Positions 1 to 9,367 of a stretch of DNA of 64,000 nt are shown here, piece after piece. A program made the translations under genes and the position numbers. The DNA lies in contig UYFQ01000005.1 of assembly GCA_900617105.1 (NCBI GenBank), positions 186,001 through 250,000 of the forward strand, given 5' to 3'. The notes beneath the pieces are model-generated. The model made no database searches and was not told the origin of the DNA. It saw only the letters and a program-made list of their open reading frames with translations. This stretch comes from Hydrurus foetidus (lineage: Eukaryota). Position 1 is the first letter of the stretch. The number at the start of each line of letters is the position of its first letter.

Positions 1-1511
1 GTACTCGTCACGTGAAACTCACCATCCATCAGCGTTACCAGCTGGTGCGAGATCACCAAACCCAGGCCAGTGCCACCGAACTGGCGTGTGCTGGAGCTGT
101 CACCTTGACTGAAAGGCTGGAACATCTTCTGCAACTGCTCTGCCCGCATACCGATGCCGGTGTCGCGCACTGAGAAATGCAAAGAGACACGATCGTCTTC
201 CGGCGCTGATACAGTTGATGGTGAGGCGGGAGTTGAGGATAAAGACACCGACAAAACCACCTCGCCTTGGGCTGTGAATTTGATGGCGTTGCTTAGCAGG
301 CTCACCAGCACTTGGCTGAGGCGAAAAGCATCGCCCACAAAGTACGTAGGCAAGTCGCTCGCCACATCAAACACCAAGCGCAAGGCTTTTTCGCGAGCAC
401 TCTCACTCACCAAATCAGCCACCTCGGTCAGCATGTCATGCAAAGAGAAGGGTGCGGCTTCCAAGCTCATCTTGCCGACATCAATTTTGGCGAAATCCAA
501 AATGTCGTTGATGATGCGCAACAGCGACTGCGAGGCCGTGGTGATTTTGTCCAGGTAGTTGGTTTGCTGGGGCGTGAGGCTGGTTTTCAGCGCCAGATGG
601 CTCATGCCGATGATGGCGTTCATCGGCGTGCGTATCTCATGGCTCATGTTGGCCAAAAAGTCAGTGCGCATGCGGGTGATTTCTTCTGCCATGTCTTTGG
701 CGCGTTTGAGCTCGGTCACGTCAAAGAACCAGGCAATAACACAGGGCGCGTTGTCGTACACGATGTGGATGAACGAGGCCATCACCTGCAAAACTGTATT
801 GGCCTTGGTTCGTATGCCCAAGGGCATATTGAGGATGTTTTCGCCGCGGCGCAGTACCTCTCCGATGTGCCTGTCATGCTCGGGGTTCTCGTAGGTTGTC
901 CAGTCACTGAGGTTGGCAAGCTGCGTTTTAGGTACCTGAAACAAATCCGCACAGGCTTGGTTCACAAACAACAAACCCCGGTCTTTTAGCACCGATACGC
1001 GCAGCGCGACGGGACTTTGCTCCAGCATGTCACGGATTTGATGCTCGCGCTGCGCCATCGCTGCGGTGCGGTTGGCCACTTCACGCTCTAGACCGGTTTT
1101 GTTGTGTTCCAGCTCGGTGATCAATTGCTCACGGGTTTTGACGCTCAAGATGGCGCGCAGCTGCGGCACTTCACGCAACGCTAAGACGGGCAGTTCCACA
1201 TCTACCACCGCATGCGTCGTATCCGTCGTATCACCTGACAGCACGGTAAAAAAGGGGGTGATTTTGTGCAACTGAGGCGAGGTCACGCAACGGGCTTGCA
1301 AACGCAGTGCTTGGGCGCTAAGTGACACATCTATCTGTACGGCACCTACAGCTTGCAGCGAACGGCACAGCACCGTAAAGCCACTCAAGAGGAAATCAGA
1401 TTTATCGGGTGTTACAGCGCAAAGTTGAAGCAGCATGCGCATTTTGGCGCGCGCCAAGTGAACACTGCTCACATCGGCCAATGCCAAGATGCCCAGTGGT
1501 TCAATGGCCAT
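1..1511 (-). CDS. PAS-containing sensor histidine kinase, probably hybrid; runs off the window start; likely stressosome output
   Basis: Manual minus-strand translation from ATG at 1511 (MAIEPLGIL..) gives H-box [19 protein letters not shown]-box LLSNAIKFT and G boxes [13 protein letters not shown]; overlaps the upstream gene's stop. Confidence 0.85.
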   Translation of the reverse strand, partial: MAIEPLGILALADVSSVHLARAKMRMLLQLCAVTPDKSDFLLSGFTVLCRSLQAVGAVQIDVSLSAQALRLQARCVTSPQLHKITPFFTVLSGDTTDTTHAVVDVELPVLALREVPQLRAILSVKTREQLITELEHNKTGLEREVANRTAAMAQREHQIRDMLEQSPVALRVSVLKDRGLLFVNQACADLFQVPKTQLANLSDWTTYENPEHDRHIGEVLRRGENILNMPLGIRTKANTVLQVMASFIHIVYDNAPCVIAWFFDVTELKRAKDMAEEITRMRTDFLANMSHEIRTPMNAIIGMSHLALKTSLTPQQTNYLDKITTASQSLLRIINDILDFAKIDVGKMSLEAAPFSLHDMLTEVADLVSESAREKALRLVFDVASDLPTYFVGDAFRLSQVLVSLLSNAIKFTAQGEVVLSVSLSSTPASPSTVSAPEDDRVSLHFSVRDTGIGMRAEQLQKMFQPFSQGDSSSTRQFGGTGLGLVISHQLVTLMDGEFHVTS

Positions 1512-2661
1512 GGCGCAGCACCGCACAGGCGGCGTCGTCGTGGGCCTTGCCATAGACCCGCAGCACTTCATTAGCAATGCGCCGCACCGGCCAACTTTTA
1601 AGCGAGAGCAATTGACTGCTGTCCACACGTTCGGACATACCGTCAGTTGCCAGCAGCAGCACATCACCCACATTCATCGGCAAAACGATAGGGCGTAGCC
1701 TTGGCATATTGCCCCCCAAAATACCAGGCTGTGCACTGATAGACGTTACTTTGTCTTGCAAGGCGTAAAACAGGGTGTTACCCACACCAGCCACCGTGAC
1801 TTGCGATGACTTTGGCGCGGACGCTGACGAGGTCACGCAAGCGAGACTGATGGCAACACCCCGGCTGCCTTTGATGTCACGGTGCAAGGCGTACAGCAGC
1901 GCCTCAACATCGCCCGAGGCGTGCGCCATCAACCAGCGCTCGCAGTGCAGCGCCAGCGAATGGGCTTCGTCACCATGACCCAGCACGTCGATCATGCCGA
2001 TCAGTACACCCGCAGGCAGTACCTTCACCAGCGGACGGTCGCCACTGACAATTTCGCCAAAGCAGGGGCGGTTGACCGTGGCGTAAGCGTCGGGGTGGGG
2101 GGTAGTGTCGGTAGTGGCGGAGGTCATGGCAGAGGTAACTTGCTGAGGTACACCCTGTGCAGCAACGCTGGGCGAGCGCACCCTGCGGCGCAGATCGGTC
2201 AATACCTTCAGATCAGGACTGAGCCATTTTTTAACCCGCACCGAGGTGCCTACACCGGGGGTAGATTGCAAGTCAAACTCGTCTACCATGCGCTTCACAC
2301 CGGGCAAACCGACACCCAGGGTGCCGGTGCTGCTGAAGTGGTCTTGCATGGCCAGCGCTGTATCTGAGATGCCAGGGCCATGGTCTTGCGCCCACACTTC
2401 CACCGAAACGCGCCCCCTGGTCGTCAACACCATCCGCACACTGCCGCCGTTGTTGGCGTATTTCACGATGTTCATGGCCAGCTCAGACACCACCGTGGCC
2501 ACCGTGGTGGCCAGGGAAGGCGCGATTCGTCGCTGGTGCAGCAAGCTGTAGGTGAACATCACCAAGCCATGCACATCGGCCTCATGTGCAATCGCCATGC
2601 GCTGCTCCGTAGGGCCAAGCGCATCCAATGCAGACAGCGAAGACTCAAGTTCGGGGGGCAT
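1501..2661 (-). CDS. RsbT-like Ser/Thr kinase fused to an RsbX-like SpoIIE/PP2C phosphatase
   Basis: N-term [26 protein letters not shown] (HATPase RsbT type); C-term SGD, IDVLGHG, ATDG, HDDA (PP2C); start taken at MPPELE. Confidence 0.8.
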   Translation of the reverse strand: MPPELESSLSALDALGPTEQRMAIAHEADVHGLVMFTYSLLHQRRIAPSLATTVATVVSELAMNIVKYANNGGSVRMVLTTRGRVSVEVWAQDHGPGISDTALAMQDHFSSTGTLGVGLPGVKRMVDEFDLQSTPGVGTSVRVKKWLSPDLKVLTDLRRRVRSPSVAAQGVPQQVTSAMTSATTDTTPHPDAYATVNRPCFGEIVSGDRPLVKVLPAGVLIGMIDVLGHGDEAHSLALHCERWLMAHASGDVEALLYALHRDIKGSRGVAISLACVTSSASAPKSSQVTVAGVGNTLFYALQDKVTSISAQPGILGGNMPRLRPIVLPMNVGDVLLLATDGMSERVDSSQLLSLKSWPVRRIANEVLRVYGKAHDDAACAVLRHGH

Positions 2662-3028
2662 GGTCGCGCTCCAGCAGCTGCAAAGCTTGCTCAATGTCAG
2701 CCGCCCCGAGAATCTGGGTGATGTCCACGTCCATCGCCGACAGCGCAGCGACGATACCGGGCCGCATACCCGCCAATACACAGGTCACACCGAGCAGCTC
2801 CAGCATCCGCACCGTGCGCTCCAGGTGCTGGTAGACCACGTCGTCCATGCCCGCAATGCCCGATATGTCCAGCACGGCACCGCGTGCGCGGTACCGGTGT
2901 GCAGCGGCCAACAGGTCTTCGCGCAGCTGCTGCATCAGCTCAGGCAAGGGGTCTATTTGCAATGATGCAAAAAGTGCCCCCCCAATGCGGCTGACAGGAA
3001 TACGGCGTTCTTCGCTGGTCTGCGACAT
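2645..3028 (-). CDS. rsbS: Stressosome STAS protein RsbS
   Basis: Single STAS domain (IPVSRI, LDISG, LAGMRPGIVAAL); lies between rsbR and rsbT. Confidence 0.8.
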   Translation of the reverse strand: MSQTSEERRIPVSRIGGALFASLQIDPLPELMQQLREDLLAAAHRYRARGAVLDISGIAGMDDVVYQHLERTVRMLELLGVTCVLAGMRPGIVAALSAMDVDITQILGAADIEQALQLLERDHAPRT

Positions 3029-3060
3029 AGCGGTTCAGATGAGCTTTTTTCAGGTGGGTG

Positions 3061-3948
3061 TTATTGGATGCTGCGACCGATCAAGCGAAACGCATGCTCC
3101 AGCGCGTCCCGCAAGGTGGCACTGGTGGAAATCTCTTTCACGTCAAAACCCAAATTCACCATAGTCTGGGCGATGGCCGGCGAGATACCCGACACCAAGC
3201 TGGTGCAGCCCATCAGTCCGGTGGATTTGGTGATTTTGATGAGGTGGTTGGCCACCGCAGAATCCACCACAGCAACCCCTGAGATGTCCATGATGAAGAC
3301 TTTGGCCCGTGTCTCGGCGATGCGGTTCAATACATTCATCATCACGTCTTGCGCACGGCGCGAGTCGATGATGCCCACCATAGGCAGCATCAAAATATCT
3401 TGCCAAATTTGCGTGACGGGCGTGGACATTTCCATCAACGCCTTGCCCTGCTGGGCAATACGCTCGTTCACCGCACGAGCGTAGGTGTCAGACACCACGG
3501 TGATGTCCATGTACACCAGTTTATTGAGCGCTTGCTTGCAGGTCAAAAACTCCTCGATGGGCATCTCGCCTTGGTAAAGCTGCTCGGTCAAGACCGTCAT
3601 GGAGTAGTTCATGGCTGACAAGTAGCTGGGCAACGAGAGACCAATGCGCGAATGGGTATGGCCGATGATGCGGCGATTTTTAAGGTAATTCTCGTCCACA
3701 ACCCCCTCAAAACAGCGCCGCCAATAGTTGATCTGCTCCGCGCGTGCATGGGCCATGATGTCGGGGCTGCTGAACACAATTTGGTACTCGGGCAGACACA
3801 CCACCCATTCGTAAAACTTGTTAGCGTATTCTTCAAGGCGCGGCACGATGACGCGCCCCAGTTTGCGAATATTGGCCAGATTCTCATCGGTAAGACCAAA
3901 AAGGGTCATGAACTGTCTGGCACTTAACTCGCTGATGTCGTTGTACAT
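3061..3948 (-). CDS. rsbR: Stressosome sensor RsbR: protoglobin/sensor globin plus STAS
   Basis: Globin-like N-term (FYEW, IGHTHSRIGL) and C-term STAS (MSTPV..LPMVGIIDSRRA..DISGVAVVDS); GAAGGA RBS upstream of ATG 3948. Confidence 0.85.
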   Translation of the reverse strand: MYNDISELSARQFMTLFGLTDENLANIRKLGRVIVPRLEEYANKFYEWVVCLPEYQIVFSSPDIMAHARAEQINYWRRCFEGVVDENYLKNRRIIGHTHSRIGLSLPSYLSAMNYSMTVLTEQLYQGEMPIEEFLTCKQALNKLVYMDITVVSDTYARAVNERIAQQGKALMEMSTPVTQIWQDILMLPMVGIIDSRRAQDVMMNVLNRIAETRAKVFIMDISGVAVVDSAVANHLIKITKSTGLMGCTSLVSGISPAIAQTMVNLGFDVKEISTSATLRDALEHAFRLIGRSIQ

Positions 3949-4069
3949 GGTGGGAAGTCCTTCTTGTTGAACAAGCATTCACCATTATTTTTATCGGTTT
4001 CCTTGAACCGTGCGCAACCGTAAAGCCCATGACCTCCTTGAACAAGGGTTTTACAAACCCTGCAATAAA

Positions 4070-4975
4070 TCAGGCACTCACAATCCAGCCCTCCAGGGGA
4101 TCAAGGTCAGCGGGCAAGCCATAACGGGCATCCTGCGGGCAATTCAGTGCCCACGCCGCCTGCATCAGGCACAGCACTGCGTCCAGGCTATCGCCACGGG
4201 CATCATCCACCAGCGCATCGCGTTGGGCATGGCTGAGCTTGAGGGCCAGCCCCAAACGGGTTTGGCCGTGCTCCAGCGCGGTGATGAGGTCTTTGCGGGC
4301 AATCAAGCGCTCAGGCGTTTGGGCTTGGGGGTCATCGCTTTTGTAGCTGGTACGTCCTAACACCTCACGGGCCAGCAGGCCGGGGTAGGCTTCCAGCGCA
4401 ATACGGTGGGCTTGACCTAGTGCGTCTCGGCTGACGGGGTGCGCGGCACTGCCCCTGTGCAAACCCGGCAATTCCGCCTGGGCTTGCAACAGCAGCGGCA
4501 CCCCAGCGTGAAGCATGTAGGCAACGGGAGGATTCACCCACTTCATCGACGGGCTGGAGCCTGCGGGAATATCGGTGGCACGGTGGGCGAACTTTTCCCC
4601 CACGGGGCGGGCATCGCAAAAGGCTTTGAAGTGGGTGCGAATGTCGGCTCGGCTGAGCGCACAGTAGTGCTGAACACAGCTCAGCCAATCGGTAGGCCAG
4701 CCGAGTGTTTCAACCAGCTCACGGGGCAGGCCAAAAGGCAAATCAAAGGCACCGAGCCAGCGTGCAGGTGCGGTGGACGGTGCGGTGGTCTGCCCGCTCA
4801 GCCAATCACCACAGGTGTTCAAACTGTCAAAACGCTCTAATTTTGATAGCTTTATACGCCCACCAGATAAGCCACCAATGGCTATAACGATGGGTTTTTT
4901 GCGGCTGGGGCTGCTGGAAAAATCGCACCCCAGCAACTGGCGCTCAGGCAGGGCATCAGACAAGATTTCAGGCAC
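4070..4975 (-). CDS. DUF429 family protein (predicted RNase H-like nuclease)
   Basis: GCDFSS, FDLPFGLP, EAYP, DSLDAVLC, EGWI motifs. Confidence 0.7.
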   Translation of the reverse strand: MPEILSDALPERQLLGCDFSSSPSRKKPIVIAIGGLSGGRIKLSKLERFDSLNTCGDWLSGQTTAPSTAPARWLGAFDLPFGLPRELVETLGWPTDWLSCVQHYCALSRADIRTHFKAFCDARPVGEKFAHRATDIPAGSSPSMKWVNPPVAYMLHAGVPLLLQAQAELPGLHRGSAAHPVSRDALGQAHRIALEAYPGLLAREVLGRTSYKSDDPQAQTPERLIARKDLITALEHGQTRLGLALKLSHAQRDALVDDARGDSLDAVLCLMQAAWALNCPQDARYGLPADLDPLEGWIVSA

Positions 4976-5390
4976 GGCCCACGATTGCGGCGGTGGCCAT
5001 CAGCTCTTCCAACAGCGCCAGCGACACCTTGCCCGACACCGCATACGGGTCAAGCTCAGGCGTTTCCGAGTATTTCAGCAAGATGGAATGGTTGAGTTTG
5101 GCCAGATTGACCTTGCCCATCGTCCAGCCCCCAAAGCGGCGCTCGGTGATTTCTTCGTAGTGCAGCAGCACCACTTCTTTGTGGCGCACATCTTTTTGGA
5201 TATGGCCGTACAGGTCGCTCACGGCGTTGCGCCCGCCTTCAATGGCTTGCAAAAAGATACCGCCACCGTAGCAAAGAATGCCGGTGATACCCAAAGCCGG
5301 GTTGTAGTGGCGCGAACGGATAAGGATGTCGTCGATCGCGTCTGGGCTGCAATCGACGGCGCGGCTGGCGTAAAGCAGGCGTACAAGCAT
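4968..5390 (-). CDS. BLUF blue-light sensor protein
   Basis: LLYASRA, N..GITGIL, FLQAIEG, D.RH and F.GWTM; photoactive Tyr/Gln present. Confidence 0.9.
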   Translation of the reverse strand: MLVRLLYASRAVDCSPDAIDDILIRSRHYNPALGITGILCYGGGIFLQAIEGGRNAVSDLYGHIQKDVRHKEVVLLHYEEITERRFGGWTMGKVNLAKLNHSILLKYSETPELDPYAVSGKVSLALLEELMATAAIVGRA

Positions 5391-5392
5391 GG

Positions 5393-6088
5393 TCAGACTT
5401 TCTTAGGGATAAGGGATAAAAACTCACGGCGCAAGGAGGAATCCTTCAAAAACACACCACGCATGACGGAATTGATCATCTTGCTGTCCATGTCTTTCAC
5501 GCCGCGCCAGCCCATGCAGTAATGGCTGGCTTCCATCACGATGGCGAGGCCATCGGGCTGGGTTTTTTCCATGATGAGATCGGCCAGTTGCACCACGGCT
5601 TCCTCCTGGATTTGGGGGCGACCCATCACCCATTCGGCGAGGCGGGCGTATTTAGAGAGGCCAATCACGTTGGTGTGCTCATTGGGCATGATGCCGATCC
5701 AGATTTTGCCGATCACTGGGCACAGGTGGTGGCTGCACGCGCTGCGCACGGTGATGGGGCCGACGATCATCAGCTCGTTCAGATGGCCCACATTGGGGAA
5801 TTCGGTGATGGTGGGCGCTGGCACGTAGCGCCCCCTGAACACCTCGTTCACGTACATTTTGGCCACACGGCGGGCGGTATCGCCGGTGTTGTGGTCGTTC
5901 TCGGTGTCAATCACCATGCTGCTGAGCACGCCCTTCATCTTGTCGGCCACCTCATCGAGCAGCTTTTCAAGCTCGCCGGGCTGGATGAACTCGGCGATGT
6001 TGTCGTTGGCGAAATAGCGTTTGCGCGAAGCGGCGATGCGTTCCCGAATCTTGACGGATACGGGCGTGCCTTCGTTGTCTGGGTTCAT
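5393..6088 (-). CDS. folE: GTP cyclohydrolase I
   Basis: SACSHHLCP, GLSKYAR, RPQIQE, HYCMGWRGV. Confidence 0.92.
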   Translation of the reverse strand: MNPDNEGTPVSVKIRERIAASRKRYFANDNIAEFIQPGELEKLLDEVADKMKGVLSSMVIDTENDHNTGDTARRVAKMYVNEVFRGRYVPAPTITEFPNVGHLNELMIVGPITVRSACSHHLCPVIGKIWIGIMPNEHTNVIGLSKYARLAEWVMGRPQIQEEAVVQLADLIMEKTQPDGLAIVMEASHYCMGWRGVKDMDSKMINSVMRGVFLKDSSLRREFLSLIPKKV

Positions 6089-6169
6089 AGGGTTCGGGGC
6101 TTGGAGGGTCAGTGAGTGGAAAAGCAGACTATCGTAACCGTTAGCTGATTTTGAGGTGCTGCCGAGGCA

Positions 6170-7381
6170 CTAAAGGTACTTTCGCCCCTGAAACAGCAGC
6201 GCTACGCGCATCGCCGCATAGGCCACAAACTCCATACAGCGCTGGCGCAATGGTCGGCGGGCATACTCGGCGGCGTCCATGCGCGGGCCTTCGTGTTCAA
6301 TGGCGTGCATCAGCTCTTGGCGCAGCCCCGCCGCAAACTCGGGGCTTTGCGCGGTGATATTGGCCTCGCGGGCCAGCAGCAGGCTTAAGGGGTCAAGGTT
6401 GGAAGACCCCACCGTGGCCCATTGGCCGTCCACCACCGCCACTTTGGCATGCAAAAAGCTGGCCGAATACTCGTGAATCTCCACCCCCGCCGCCAGAAGT
6501 GCTCCGTACACCGGGCGGGCCGCGTAGTACTGCATGAAATACTCGTACTTGCCTTGCAACAGCAAACGCACCTTCACCCCTCGCCTTGCGGCGTGAACCA
6601 GCGACAGGCGCAACTTGCGGCCTGGCACAAAGTAGGCATTGGCGATGATGATTTCAGTCCGCGCCTGCCCAATGGCGCGGCGGTAAGCCTGCTCAATGCT
6701 GGCGCGGTGACGCAGGTTGTCGCGCAGCACCAGAGCGGCTTTCAGGGCCGTTTTCAACGGTGCCACAGACGCTGAAGATGCGGGAGGCGGCATGGTGGCC
6801 AAACCCACGACCCGGCGCAAACCCAGCCCCAGCCGCAAACCTGCACCACGTTGTGTTCGCGTCCAGAGTTGCAACATGGCCGCATGAACCTCAGCCACCA
6901 GTGGGCCGCGCAGGTGCACCGCAAAATCAAACCGAGGGCTGCTCAGTGCCCCGAAATTCGGGTCGTGGAAATCGTCCAAGATGTTGATACCGCCACAAAA
7001 CGCCACCTGCTGGTCAATGCAGCACAACTTGCGGTGCAAGCGCCGCCAGTGTGTCGGCCGCAGAATCCCCCAAGTGCCCAGCGGCGCAAACACCTGCCAC
7101 TGCACCCCTGCTGCGCTCATCCGGGCCTGCCATTCGGGGGGCAAAGGCTCGCTGCCAACACCGTCCACCAGCACCTCGGTTTTCACACCGCGCTGTGCGG
7201 CACGCTCCAAGGCGTGCGCTACATCTGCGCCGCCAGCCGTCACATCAAAAATATAGGTTTCCAACCGCACCTCGGTGAGTGCCGCGTCGATGGCGGCAAT
7301 CAGCGCCGGAAAGTACGCACGGCTGCCGCACAGCAGCGTGACCTCGTGCGGTAAGGGGCCGCTCGTCTCGGTCGTCGTCAT
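6170..7381 (-). CDS. clsB: Cardiolipin synthase ClsB (PLD family)
   Basis: Two HKD motifs (LHRKLCCID, LHAKVAVVD) and GSSNLD; downstream of an EEP gene as in ybhP-ybhO. Confidence 0.85.
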   Translation of the reverse strand: MTTTETSGPLPHEVTLLCGSRAYFPALIAAIDAALTEVRLETYIFDVTAGGADVAHALERAAQRGVKTEVLVDGVGSEPLPPEWQARMSAAGVQWQVFAPLGTWGILRPTHWRRLHRKLCCIDQQVAFCGGINILDDFHDPNFGALSSPRFDFAVHLRGPLVAEVHAAMLQLWTRTQRGAGLRLGLGLRRVVGLATMPPPASSASVAPLKTALKAALVLRDNLRHRASIEQAYRRAIGQARTEIIIANAYFVPGRKLRLSLVHAARRGVKVRLLLQGKYEYFMQYYAARPVYGALLAAGVEIHEYSASFLHAKVAVVDGQWATVGSSNLDPLSLLLAREANITAQSPEFAAGLRQELMHAIEHEGPRMDAAEYARRPLRQRCMEFVAYAAMRVALLFQGRKYL

Positions 7382-8148
7382 ACCAGCACCTCAACATCGC
7401 AAAACCCAAACTCCGCAATCAGCGGCAAATGATCCGACATGCGGCCCCAAATGCGCCCACGCGGCACCTCCAGCGACAACGGCCGCAGCCCCCGTGCGTA
7501 GATGCAGTCCAGCTGCACCACTGGCAAGCGGGAGGGGTAAGTGAAGGCCTGTGACGTTTTAACAGCTACTAAGTTGATAGCATTGAACGCTTTATCAACG
7601 CGCCCACCCCAGTCATTGAAGTCCCCAGCCACCAGCAAATGTGCATTCGCGGGAACCTCGCGTGTGACGAACCGGCACAGCTGCTCTGCCTGACGGCGGC
7701 GGCTGGCCGGGATCAACCCCAAATGCACCACCACGACATGCACGGAGCGGCCATGCACCAGCAACTCCACATGCAAAAGGCCACGTTGCTCAAAGCGGTG
7801 GTCAGACATGTCCTCATGCTGGTGGCGCACCACCGGCCAGCGCGAAAGCAGCGCATTGCCATGCTCGCCATGCTTGGTGATGGCGTTGGTGCGGTAAACC
7901 GCCTCGTAGCCCTCGGGCGCTAAAAAATCGGCTTGCGGCAGTGCCGGCCAGTGCTTGAAATGCAAGGCCTCGCGCTGGTGCGATTGGCGCACCTCTTGCA
8001 GGCACACGATGTCCGCATCAAACTGCTCCACCGCATGGCCCAGGTTGTGAATCTCCAGCCGCCGTGCCGCGCCCAAGCCCTGCACGCCTTTGTGGATGTT
8101 GTACGTGGCAACGCGCAGGGTGTCTGGGGCGTGGTGTGCAGAGGTCAT
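7378..8148 (-). CDS. Endonuclease/exonuclease/phosphatase family protein (YbhP-like)
   Basis: ATYNIHKG, CLQEV, AGDFND, SDHLP. Confidence 0.88.
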   Translation of the reverse strand: MTSAHHAPDTLRVATYNIHKGVQGLGAARRLEIHNLGHAVEQFDADIVCLQEVRQSHQREALHFKHWPALPQADFLAPEGYEAVYRTNAITKHGEHGNALLSRWPVVRHQHEDMSDHRFEQRGLLHVELLVHGRSVHVVVVHLGLIPASRRRQAEQLCRFVTREVPANAHLLVAGDFNDWGGRVDKAFNAINLVAVKTSQAFTYPSRLPVVQLDCIYARGLRPLSLEVPRGRIWGRMSDHLPLIAEFGFCDVEVLV

Positions 8149-8167
8149 GGTGTCACCGAGGGCAAAA

Positions 8168-8677
8168 TCAAGTTGCCCCAAGCTTAGGCGCAAACCAAGA
8201 CACACATTGAGGCAACAGCAGCAAAGCCTCCGCATTCGACGGCGAATACGCCAAGTCCGCCGCCGCCCGGTAAGGCAGCCACTGGTGATGCGTGTGTTCA
8301 GCCGGACTGAGCGTGATGGCCGTATCGGCTGGCACGCACAGGCTGAACAGGTGCTCGGTGTTGTGCGTGACACCCGGCGCATAGCGGTGCAGCCACTGCG
8401 GGTAGATGGTGTAGGTGTTTTCCAACTGCCAGTCGTGCAGCGCGGGGGCCAAAGGCGTGCCGGGGCGGCAATCTATGCCCGTTTCTTCCCAAACTTCACG
8501 GCGAGCGGTGTCGGCATACCGCTCATCGGCAAAATCTTTGGAGCCGGTAACGGACTGCCAAAAGTCATAGGTGATGTCCGCACGGCGAATCAGCAAAACA
8601 TCCAAAGCCGGGGTGTGGATGACCACCAGCACGGACTGGGGGATTTTGGGGGGCTTGGGGGCAGGCGTGGGAATCAC
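8168..8677 (-). CDS. nudB: Dihydroneopterin triphosphate diphosphatase (Nudix)
   Basis: KIPQSVLVVI, FWQSVTGS, Nudix box ARREVWEETG, YAPGVTHNTEH. Confidence 0.88.
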   Translation of the reverse strand: MIPTPAPKPPKIPQSVLVVIHTPALDVLLIRRADITYDFWQSVTGSKDFADERYADTARREVWEETGIDCRPGTPLAPALHDWQLENTYTIYPQWLHRYAPGVTHNTEHLFSLCVPADTAITLSPAEHTHHQWLPYRAAADLAYSPSNAEALLLLPQCVSWFAPKLGAT

Positions 8678-8699
8678 ACGTTGGGTTTATACGTTGGGT

Positions 8700-9017
8700 T
8701 TACACGCCGCTGAGCACTGCATCCAAAGCATCACGCAACACATCCGCCTGTGGTGACACGTTGCAGATGACCTTTTTCAGCAGTTTGGCTGGCAAGGGTG
8801 CACACTGGTGGGCAATCAAATAGAGCATCTCACCCTTGATTTCAATGCCACCCGACAAACGCCAGGGTAGCTTTTGGGACGAGGCCGATGTGCGGGCCAG
8901 CGGCATGACCAAGCGCGTGGTCAAGTCACTCAGCAAATCGCTTTGCAGCACCACAAGGTACGGAAAACCACCCCGCTGCGGCACGTCGGGATTTTCGTAA
9001 ACATCAAATTGAGCCAT
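8700..9017 (-). CDS. ccdB: CcdB-family toxin
   Basis: MAQFDVYEN..PYLVVLQSDLL..LTTRLVMPL..ALDAVLSGV. Confidence 0.8.
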   Translation of the reverse strand: MAQFDVYENPDVPQRGGFPYLVVLQSDLLSDLTTRLVMPLARTSASSQKLPWRLSGGIEIKGEMLYLIAHQCAPLPAKLLKKVICNVSPQADVLRDALDAVLSGV

Positions 9018-9025
9018 ATCGCCAG

Positions 9026-9295
9026 CTACCAGGGGCGGTATTCTTGGCCAAACACGCCATACTTTTCAACCCGCGCGTTCTGCTCAGCAATCCAGTCTTT
9101 GTACGTCTCGCTGAACTCCGCTTGCGTCATCTTGGGTTTCGCAGCTTCAGCACGCCGCGCCAAATCCGCATACTGCTCAGCCGACACGATCAGTGCCTCC
9201 AATCGCCCGTTTTTCTCAATGCGAACAGGGCTGATTTTGGCCTGCGAGAGGCAATAGCCAAAACGGTTTTTGGCTTCGGTGGCGGTGAGTTGCAT
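9026..9295 (-). CDS. Antitoxin with Phd/YefM N-terminus and CcdA-like C-terminus
   Basis: N-term TATEAKNRFG..PVRIEKNGR (Phd); C-term WIAEQNARVEKYGVFGQEYRPW (CcdA-like); directly upstream of ccdB. Confidence 0.75.
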   Translation of the reverse strand: MQLTATEAKNRFGYCLSQAKISPVRIEKNGRLEALIVSAEQYADLARRAEAAKPKMTQAEFSETYKDWIAEQNARVEKYGVFGQEYRPW

Positions 9296-9317
9296 GGCAC
9301 AAGCTCCTGGGGTGTTG

Positions 9318-9336
9318 AATGGCTATTTTAGCCATT
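9318..9336. promoter_or_regulatory. Probable autoregulatory operator of the TA operon
   Basis: Perfect inverted repeat AATGGCTA-TTT-TAGCCATT about 20 bp upstream of the antitoxin start. Confidence 0.6.
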
Positions 9337-9367
9337 TTGAATCCCGTCGCGCCATCGCCGCATCACG

